Source of the DNA: Chrysomallon squamiferum
Lineage: Eukaryota; Animalia; Mollusca
Assembly: GCA_012295275.1 (NCBI GenBank)
Contig: CM022666.1
Location: 13,020,001 to 13,084,000 of the forward strand
Length of the DNA stretch: 64,000 nt
Direction: 5' to 3'
Shown: piece after piece, positions 53,799-64,000 of the stretch
Layout of the letters: each line of letters opens with the position of its first letter
Numbering within the stretch: position 1 is the first letter of the stretch
Notes under the pieces: generated by a model
Databases searched by the model: none
What the model saw: the letters and a program-made list of their open reading frames with translations, nothing else
What the model was told of the DNA's origin: nothing
Translations under genes and position numbers: made by a program

Positions 53799-53930
53799 TT
53801 TTGCGGAAACATAAAAGTCTCTCTAAATAGAGCACATATTTGTCTTATATTTCTAATAATGGTCTTGGTTAACGAGGCTAAAAAAAGTTACCGCCAAGTT
53901 GTCTTGCTTTCGTTTTGTATCTAATTAAGT
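53799..53930. promoter_or_regulatory. Very compact bidirectional promoter and 5'UTRs of RPP38 and RNASEH2B
   Basis: Only 132 bp lie between the divergent predicted start codons. A GCGGAAA motif is at about 53803. Confidence 0.7.
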
Positions 53931-56764
53931 ATGCGACCACGACGATCCTCTTCTAAAAACAACAGTACTGCAGCTACTATGCAAAAACCGACGTCATCAG
54001 CAACTTCTCAATGGGTATTTTTATTGGAAGGTAAATGTTATTACTGTTATTAATAATGAAAACTAAATAAATTTGCCTAAATCTGAGATGACCTGATAAT
54101 GATACCAACGGCTTGATAATCAAGTCTAAACTTATTAAAATTTAAACTATTACTTATGTATACAAAGCTGCTGCACTAACGTTCTCTTTTTCTAGCTGAT
54201 CTTCTAAATCTTTAAGCTGCAAACACACTGCCATATATTGTTTGAATTTTTAATAACTCGTTTATCCAACCTATTTCAAGATTCATTATAATTTTTTGTC
54301 ATACGTTCAAACTTGTACAGCTTTGATGTATTTGAATTTGTTCAATTGTTGACAGAATCAGTGATACTGGAAGATGACAACAATGACAGCAAACCAGCCG
54401 TCTGTCCTCTCAGACATCCTAAAACAGGTCAGAGATCTTATTTTTGTAAATAAATATGCTAGTATTTATTTATTTATTTATTTATTTAGACTGTCATCTC
54501 ATTCACTTGTGTTAGTTTGGTTAATCCTGTTCATACACTACTTTTTCTAAGGGCAGAATCAGTTAATGATAGTTTGCCTTTTTTTCTACTTGAAGCTTGG
54601 CCGTAACTCACTTAGACTGTGGTCCTACAAATCTCAAATTTCAGATCTCAGATATCTTGGAGAATATTTAAAAAGTTTCATATAATAAATTATTATTAAT
54701 AAAATAATATTCATCATGTACAAAACATAAAAAAATGTCTTACTACTAATTAGTCATTTCTGAGATATGATAAATATTGGTAACAATATTCTTATTTGCA
54801 TTAGTGTATCTTGAAATGTGGAAAAAATATGAAAATTTATATTAATTATGTATAATTTTTCTTATATGTTTTTCCCAGGTGACAAAGCAATGTTTATGTT
54901 TGCCAAAAACAATAGAATTGTTTATGAACTGATCAAATTTAAAGAAGAATTCAGATCTTGGGCTGTTGATGATCACATTCTACAAGGTAAATAATCATTA
55001 GATTTAGAAAAAACAAAGCCACTTTTACTTATCATCATGTTCCTAATCCAAAACTGAATGTTTTATGCAAAAATAATTTCCACAAAGCAGATTTTAAAAT
55101 TTAGATAAAAATATATTTTTTATTATTTTTATTTTATTTCATATTATTATTATTATTATTACAATGTTTATATGTTTTTAGATTCTTTATAATTTTAAAA
55201 TATTTTTCTGTGTGTTTTGAATCTTTATAATTTTAAAATATATATCTGTTTTATATTCTTTATAATTTTAATATAAATTTTTATATATTATTAGATGGCT
55301 CTCTAATCATCACAACACAAGTTGATCCACTTTTTCTTGTTCTTCCTTATCTCATGAAAGCTGCTAAGGTTAGTGTGATGGGAAAAAACAACGTTTATAA
55401 ACAAAACTGAATTGCATCAAAAAAGGATTTATCATTTTCTATTTTCTTTTGTTTATTTAAAAAAAAAATAACATAAAAGAAAAGATTTTTGATTCATAAA
55501 GTATTTTTTCTAATGAAACATTTTTATAGTGCTTCAAGTACTTTTGTCATGTACATGAATAGAGCTGTCATTTAAGATAGTCTTCCATTACAAGTTAGAT
55601 AACTCTTGAACACCTAATTTTTAAACATAATGGTTACAGTTACTGCCCTTTAAATACAAACAGATCTGAAGATTTAAATTGGACCTAAGAATGATTTTTT
55701 TAGTTTGATTTTTTATTTGGGGTGGGTGGGTGAGGGTTTCTTCTTAATAATAAAAATATAAAAAATTAGGAACCTGCCTATCAGCTGATAACTAAGAAAA
55801 ATAACAGTATTTTTTAATATATTTTTATTTTAGCTTTTTTATTTTAATTTCTTTTACAGAATCAAAAGTATATGACATTAGACCAGATAGTAATTGATGA
55901 GGATTACCCAGAATGCACTAGGCTTCAGTCTTGTTCAGGGCTTGATGAATTACATCAAATTACAGACACCAAAGGTCAAATATCACTTAAATATTTATTT
56001 TGGTTTTATTATTTTTTTATTTTTTTATTTATTATTTTAATTTTATTTCCATTTTTTTTTTTTTTTTTTTTTTTAGCCACTTGGTAAATCATTCACATTT
56101 TCATATTTATTTTTATTTTTCATGGATGTGATTTTCTGAACCTTTTCTAATCTGAATAAATAAGTTTTCACTTCAAGCTGGAGAAAATGTGGAATATCAT
56201 GAAAACTGTAATAACATTGTAATCATGCAAGTGATAAATGAACACATCAGAACATTATTAACAGTTGTTATATGTTTTATGTATATTTTACAGGCAGCAT
56301 TCATTTTTTTTTTTTTTTTTTTTGTAATATTTTTATTTTATTGTCATACATTATAACCAGCAAGAACAGATCACAAAAAATTATAAAAAATAACTTAGAA
56401 ATACAAATAATTTTATTCGGCCATTTATTCATCCCACCTTTTAAAATTCAGTACTAGTTTATCACATGATTTATGCAATTGTGATGCCCAGGCATAGAAA
56501 TTTTATTTTTTATAATAACCTGAAAGTTGATAATTGGATGCAGAATTAACAAAAATAAATAGAATTAATGTCAGGTTTTTTTCTTTTTTAATTTTAATTA
56601 TATTTTTTTTCCAACAGGGCATGATGATACAAAGGCATACAAATACAACCAAGACAAAACGTTGTCATGGTTACGATTAAAGGTGGGTAGTATTATCATA
56701 ATAAAAAATAATAAAATGTTTTTGTAAATTTATTTATTGTTTTTTTTTTTTTTTTTTTTTAATT

Positions 56765-56800
<36 letters not shown>

Positions 56801-59611
56801 CAGTTAACATTTTTAGCACATTTTAAATGTTTTATTATATATAAATATTTGTCAATTCTCAATATATTTAAAAGTTTAATCAGTTATTTTTTTCAGATAT
56901 TGTATGAATAAGTAATCGTCTTTTAAAGAAATTCTTTGTCAGCGAAATATTTTATAGATATTATTATTATTTGTTTATTTTATTTTATTTATATATTCAT
57001 TTATGTTTTAATTTGGGGGAGAGCATTTTTTTATTTAGTTTTATTTTGTTTATTGTTTTATTTATTTGTAAATTTTAGTTTTATTTCGAACAAAACGTGG
57101 ATAGAAAGAAGGTGAAATAACTTTCTAAACGATATTTATTTTTGCAGAGTTTATATTATTGTTATAATAATATTATTATTAAATTATTATTATTACAGTA
57201 TGTATGTTTATTTTTCAGTTTATGTTTTCAGGTTGAGACTCTGACAGACTCACTGGTAGAAAACAAGATGAATCTAACAAACTCTACAAGTTCTATTTTC
57301 ATTAAAAGCAACAAAACTGAAAAACTTGATCGAGGTAATTTGTGTGTCATAAATTGTGATTGTGTGTGTGTGTGTCTTGCGTGAATATATATGAATTGAT
57401 GTGTGTGTTGTGGGAATGTGTATGAATTAATATCTGTATTGTGTGTTTGTGTGTGCGTACATGTGGCTATTTGCTGTATTCATGTATTTGAATGACTTTA
57501 TGTGCTGTGTGTATGTATAAAGATATATATATGTACATCTTCATGTATAAATGTCTTTGCACATATGTGTGTGTTTTGTTTTTAGAAAAGAATATGTTTG
57601 TAAATGTAATCAGATGCTATATATAGACATTCACATATTGTTTTAGATAACTATTTGCAGTGTCAGTGTGTAGTTTTGTTAAATGTATCTAAGCTGTAAT
57701 TTATATTTAGTGCATTAATGCATATTATATATAAATTTCACACATGATGCAAAGAACAGTTTTTGTTTTTTCTGTTATTTGATTTCATATGCTTTTTTTA
57801 TATTCATATATTCAAAAATTACTGCTTATGGTTGCCATAGTGAAAGCAAACATAAATATGTATATATGTATGTATGTACATATAATTGATAATTGTAAGA
57901 AATATTCATAAACTTGATATTAATAAATGTAAAATAAGAAAAGAAAAAGTTGATTATAAAGATAAACAGACCTCTGTAAATATGAGTGACTAACATTAAA
58001 TAAATTTTTTACAAGAAATAAGTTAATGTTTAAGTATTTTCTGTGTGAATAAGTTAATTTTGAAATGCTGTAAACATATACATATATATTTATATATTGT
58101 ATAGAGATAATCACTTACTGTTTTTAGATAACTATTTGCGATATTCTTGGGGTATCGTTTCTGACTACCTGTCATCAGAATTATCAGAGACTTTGAGAGA
58201 ATATCTGGGGTGAGTTATTTCAGTTCTTATCAGTTTTATTAACATTTTATTTTATGGTTTTGCTTCTTATTTTTGTCATATTTTATATTTTTAAATTAAA
58301 CCAGTACCATTTAAATTGTTTAATTGTTTCTGTACTTTTTTAAAAATAATTTTCTTCTTTTTTTTTCATTATTGAAAAGATTAAATATAATAATTATCTA
58401 GTATTATTGTTAATTTGACTTCAGTAAATTTCATAAAACATAATAACTGTCTTTTTAATTTCTTTCTTTTCTTTTTCTATTATTTATTTCAATACAGAAT
58501 TTCTCTGCCTGTTTCTAAACCAGAAATTAAAACAGAAGAAGAACCTCCAGCAAAGGTAAGAAACTTTGACATTTGTAAAATCAGCAAACAAGAGACAACC
58601 ACTGTTTGTTATACTGGAGGGCAGGACTGATGCTAATTTCTACACAAATAAGATTTTCACTTAGTAAACAGATATAACTGAGCAAACTGTAATGTATTGG
58701 TTAAAGTGTTATTATAAGGTATACAGGATCAATCCAGCTTAGTGGATCTTATAGACTATTTTTCTTGTTGCCTGTACCCAACAACTGGTTTAAGGAAAGC
58801 CATGATGTTAGCTTTGGGGAACCTCTGAGAAGGTATAACTTTAAATTATATTTTGCTAATAATCTTTAAAATAAAAGATTAAACGATGACACTGTATCAA
58901 TGGTTTTTGTTTCTTAATCATTTTTGTGTGTGAAATATACCACAGAAATGTTATAACTGTTGATAATAAAAGATTAATAATAATTAAATTTTTGATCAAT
59001 TTTTAATTTGTTTATTTATTTACAGAGAGCAAAGGTTGAAATTGCACCCATTGATGATTACACTAAATCAAATGTGGTGAAGAAAATGTCAAAGGTAATA
59101 TATAGAATTTACTTTTTGCTTATTGCTGCTAATATATCTTAATAAATTTTAGAATTTCTTTTTTCTGATAGTTAAGAATATCTTATTAATAAGCAATAAT
59201 AATTAAAATATGAAGTGCATTAATTAAATGTCAGTATGCATTTTATTATAATTTCTTGATTAAAAACAGGGACAGACATTTTGTGTTTAAAAAAAAAGAA
59301 AAAATTTCTATATATTATCACAAAGGTTTCATTTATCATTATTTTTATTATTATTAATTTATTTTTTATTATTATTATTTTATTATTTGCATTCTTTATT
59401 ACTAGTAAACAACTATAGCTGTTAATATACATTAATCATTTAAAGTTATTCTGTATTTACAATGTAAAACTGTACAGACATTGTTATATTTTAATATTTA
59501 TTTCAAAAATATTTTTAGGATGTAAAGATGACCCAGGCTCAGAAAAAACTGAGCAAAACTGACAAAAGTGGAATGAAATCTTTGTCACATTTCTTCTCTG
59601 CAAAAAAGTAA
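53931..59611 (+). CDS. RNASEH2B: Ribonuclease H2 subunit B, 11 exons
   Basis: Exons 53931-54030, 54356-54427, 54879-54986, 55295-55368, 55860-55974, 56618-56682, 57232-57334, 58128-58209, 58498-58555, 59026-59094, 59519-59611. Peptides LRHPKTG, EEFRSWAVD, TQVDPLFLVLPYL, TLDQIVIDEDYP, YKYNQDKTLSWL, IVSDYL and a C-terminal PIP-box DKSGMKSLSHFF. Confidence 0.93.
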
Positions 59612-61609
59612 AACTTGAAACAGCCATTCATTTAGTTAATTAAAACATATCAGATATTTGTTTTAATTTGTCTAGGGCATGGTTAAAAATATCTAATGAT
59701 TTTCTTGAATTTTGAAACATTTAGTTTTTAAATTAAATTAAAACACTTGAATGAATTTTTTGGGTGTCTCTGTGTGTTTGTGAAACACATTCATTCTTTT
59801 AAAAACTTAAAATAAATTTCACATGTTCGTCTCAGTTAATTAAAACATATCTGATAATTTCTCCTATTGTTTGTTTGAAATATTTAGTTAAAATAAATAA
59901 TGCACAAAATGGCAAATGTTGATGTTTGTTACATTATTTTAAAAAAATAATAATTTGCATACAAAATGTTTGTTTATATATGTCCATGCCTGTGTTGTAT
60001 TCTTTTTATTAAATTAAAATAATATAGGTATTTTTTACGAATGTCCAGATGGGATTATTTTGTTAATTAAAATAACTGTCTAAAAATGCATGTTGACATA
60101 AAATTGTGAAATATTTTATTTGGTTATTTTAATTCATTTGCATGTTTATTCATACTTATATATATATTTATATAATTTTGATAAACATTTATTATATAGA
60201 AAAAACATTTGATTGATACCACTTATTACAAAAATTACATTTTATAAATGATATACTACAAGCAGAATTGTAAATCAGTATAATAAAAATAAAGTAAAAA
60301 ATATTGAAAAACAAATGTATTGAAATAAGGGATGTAATATAGTTAATATTACAGTTTTGGTATTTTATAAACATTAGTTATATCCCTTTGCTTACCCTGT
60401 CATTTAAAACAGTTTTCATGTATGTATATACTTGTATGTTTTGCATGAATACAAAAGTTACATACTTAACTGTATATAGGTATATACACATATTTATCTC
60501 AGACACTTTGCCTTGTTATTTTAAAAAAAGGTTTATATTATATGTATGTACATATGTTATTCATATATTCAAACATACACATATACATTTGAAACTTGCC
60601 TTGTTTTAAAAGAAACATTTATGTAATATATATATATATATGTGCGTGTGTGTGTGTATAGATATATGTTGGGCCTGTTTGCAACCATATACCACATACC
60701 TACAAAAACACACACACACAAACACACACACACAAACACACACACACAAACACATTATAGCAAACACAGTGTCAGTTACATTAATTAAACATATCACTTA
60801 CACATGCAGACAGGTGATTTGAATATGATCAAGATAAAATTTAAATTTTGACAGTCCTGACAAGGGAGAGAACTCTGTTTTTTACATATTTTAATTTACA
60901 ATACAGATATTCCCACATACTCACTGATCCCTACTGACACAATTTTTTTTTTTTTTTTTTTTTAATTAAGTAATTAATATTGTGATGTCATTATGGTACA
61001 CCAGTGCTGTTATAGGATAGGGGTGTGTTTCAGTATACATGTTGTTGACTAACTTAGGGGTTTGTACTCTTTTTTATTAGTATCTTAAGTGCAGATTATA
61101 ATGTAACATTATTTTAAATGTTGACTTAAAGCTTACCTTTATATCTGAACACACCTTTGTACTGGCTAATGACTCCACTTGTGGTACACACACAAACAAT
61201 GCAATGTTAATGTGTGTGTGTGTGTTTGTGTGTGTTTGTACGTCACAAAAGTTTGGCATAACAGACAAATGTCAAAAGTGATAGAGATCTTTTAAGCACA
61301 CGCTACTGAAGAAGTGAAGAGTATTTTTATTCTTGTTATTGTTACTTATGTGAATCTTTATATATGCACACACACACACATACACACAGACACCGATTAC
61401 AAGGGCATTATATTGTTTTGTATTAAATTTGAATTTGTAAATATTTTGTGACAAAATATACAAAACAGTATTCATATACAATATTAGATAATTGTTTTCT
61501 ATAGTTTTTTTAAATATATCAGATCTAATATATTTAAACTATAGAACCTTTTTTGTTTTGTTTTTTAAATTTAGACCTGTATTAATTATGTATTTGTAAA
61601 TATATAACA

Positions 61610-61905
61610 CAGGTTGAGAATCCCTTATCTAAAATTCTGAAATCCAAAACCTTTCCAACTGTCTAAATAGTGATATTTTGTGGTTTTAATATGGCTTAGC
61701 AGGCAAAAACTTTATTTAATTCACAACATTATGAATACATCTCCTATAAAAAATATCTTCATACTGTGTTGTATAATGAATATAAAAATATTTTGTGTTT
61801 AAACGTGGATTCTATATGTTTATGTTCCAAAATAAAGAAAATAAAAATTCATAAATCTGAAACGTTTCTGGTCTGAAACATTTTAGATAAGAAATGCTCA
61901 GCCTG
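61610..61905. mobile_element. Tigger/pogo (Tigger4/Zombi-like) MITE, about 296 bp
   Basis: The left end CAGGTTGAGAATCCCTTATCTAAAAT and the right end (reverse complement CAGGCTGAGCATTTCTTATCTAAAAT) form TIRs resembling Tigger4 ends. The flanks read CA/TG rather than a clean TA duplication. Confidence 0.75.
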
Positions 61906-62653
61906 TGTAGTATCTGAATATACATGTGTTACAGATAGAATTGTGTTTATAAATTAAATTAAGTGTTTCGAATAAAATTTGAACGTTTTGCGTGTTGAAT
62001 TATGTTTAGTCCTAGTTCCTTTGTTGACTTTGTAATTAAATCCTTTTAGTGTGTGTGTGTTAATAAAAAAGCGAATTTCTTATGGATCAGAATATACTAA
62101 AGATTACAGAATAGCTGTTTCTGATGCATTGTTATTTAAAATTAAGTTCATTTTAAATTAATATAAACGGCTAGGGATTAATTTATGTGCGTTTTAGATT
62201 TACTTTTACAAATAAACTATCATTTTGTTTATGCAGATTTAATTTGTAAAACAATTGTATTCACCATATAGCATTACGTACACAAATGAAAAAGGTTTAT
62301 GTAATATATATGTACATATATTAGGTCTGTTTGCAACGACACACACACACACACATATATATATGTGCTTGTTTTATTTCCAGTTAAAAAAAAAGTTCAG
62401 TAAAAAAATACTCGTTAAACATAGGTTTGTGTATACTGTAAATTGTGCAATTTCATTACCAATAGTGAAAGTAGGTTTTCCTTGCTTGGCTCATGTTATA
62501 GTTAAGAAAAAGTATGAACGTTTCAAACTTGACAGCTGTTTCTATTGAAACACGCTAATAAAACACTAATACTGAAGTATTTAGTAAATCTGTTGAGAGG
62601 TATCCTTTGATGTCCTTTACATTTCCTCAAATGGAACAACAAAATTAAATCTG

Positions 62654-62657
<4 letters not shown>

Positions 62658-62736
<79 letters not shown>
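62658..62736. repeat. (TC)n microsatellite
   Basis: Perfect dinucleotide run. Confidence 0.95.
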
Positions 62737-62739
<3 letters not shown>

Positions 62740-63124
62740 ATTCTGAAATTCTGACAGTTGCAAATAAGAAATAATGGTAAGACAGATTTAGCAATTAATT
62801 TCTAAGAACATGTAGAAATGTCGACAGTAACATAAAACGTCAATAACTTGAATACAAACTGCTAAATTAGCATAACTGTAATTTCATTTGAAAGGAAAAT
62901 GAATGGTCTTTGCAAAATAGTAAAAATCAATTTCATGAAACGATGCAATATGACTTATTTCGGTGGGCAGGGTCACATTTTGCAAGCATTTTATTTTTAG
63001 CCAGTCTCGGATCCAGATTTAACTTGACGGTCGCTTTGTCGTGACGTCAGCATCTTCAACAGATTAAATTAACTCTGTACTGGAATGAAGGAAAGACGCA
63101 GTGAACAAAATAAACACGTGTATC

Positions 63125-63290
63125 TCAGTAGCAAGAGATCTTTATAAGTTCCTCTCTCCCTTCAGATGAGGTATATCAATGCCTGGGATAATGGCAGAAC
63201 TACAAAACAACTCGATGTGTTCACTAGGGAGGATCGAACCTGATTCTAACCAATGCATCATTTTCGCGACTTAACCACTGACCAAACAAG
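63125..63290 (-). mobile_element. Degenerate tRNA-derived SINE
   Basis: The minus strand shows an A-box-like TGGTCAGTGG (63284-63275) and a B-box GGTTCGATCC (63240-63231), followed by the SINE core motif also seen at 15423. It does not fold as a tRNA. Confidence 0.55.
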
Positions 63291-64000
63291 ACAATTCAAA
63301 TTTCAGAATCGTGTTAACAAAACAGATACACTCCGCAAATAAACATCTGCTGAAACGTCAAAAAAGATTTCAAAAAATAATAAAACTTTAAAAAAAATGA
63401 AAAAAAAAAAAGAAGAAAAAGAAGAAGAAGAAAAGCTACGCTTATCACAAGAAAACCACTGGTATCGTGTCTACCACATTAACATGACGTCTGATTTAAC
63501 AAAAGCCCATGTAGACCTCTGTCAACGTAACAGAGATGTGTTAGGTGTGCAGAGTCTTTCAAGGCAGACATAATCACTGCTCGCAACACTGATTATTAAA
63601 TTTGTCACAGACTTTGAACACCAAAAAAGAAATGCAGAGCACAAACGCTTTGAAACAGCAAACCACGCCAAAACAGATTTGTGGTTTCATAAAATTTCCA
63701 CGTGTTCTGATTTCAATATACTATTAAATACCCTATCATATTCTTCTCTACTCCGTATTCCTACAGTTTGAGAATACATTTATATTATTATACATCTGTA
63801 GTATATTATTCTCTGTTTTGTAATGCTACAGTTTATGAGAATAAATCCATTGTCATTGTCGTTCATGTGATTATAAAATATCGCTAGTTTGCCGTTAATT
63901 GATAAAGATTAGTCACCCGGTTTTTTATTTCGATATCTGTACGCTGTTTAATAGTATATGTTACTCAATCTAAATAAATAAATATAAAGGAGTGGAGTGG

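Noticed and set aside
63042-63049. Perfect CRE palindrome TGACGTCA as a promoter of a further gene
   Set aside because: A single 8-mer with no associated exon visible in the window is not enough to call.
63225-63290. tRNA gene
   Set aside because: A/B-box-like motifs are present but no cloverleaf forms; better explained as a SINE head.

Overview
AT-rich, microsatellite-dense animal genomic DNA; SINE/LINE relics tentatively suggest a mollusc. Five intron-containing genes can be reconstructed from GT-AG exons: BIVM (+, 6868-12023), an LRR-FN3 single-pass membrane protein (-, 19099-20559), INTS6 (+, 19 coding exons, 23076-46322), RPP38 (-, 50290-53798) and RNASEH2B (+, 53931-59611). The last four form two head-to-head pairs. 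The most striking feature is that INTS6 introns carry 17 box C/D snoRNA-like genes from three families. Thirteen are copies of a SNORD29/snR71-type guide (28S A equivalent to yeast Am2946), and ten of these lie in one 6.2-kb intron expanded by tandem duplication. Two are snR69-type guides (yeast Cm2948 equivalent) and two have an uncertain target. INTS6 also shows an apparent frameshift/stop in exon 17 and a structured candidate poison exon in intron 9. Two MITEs, a LINE 3' fragment, SINE relics and many simple repeats are present. Most ORFs in the supplied track are low-complexity artefacts. All homology and target calls come from recalled sequences, not from database searches.
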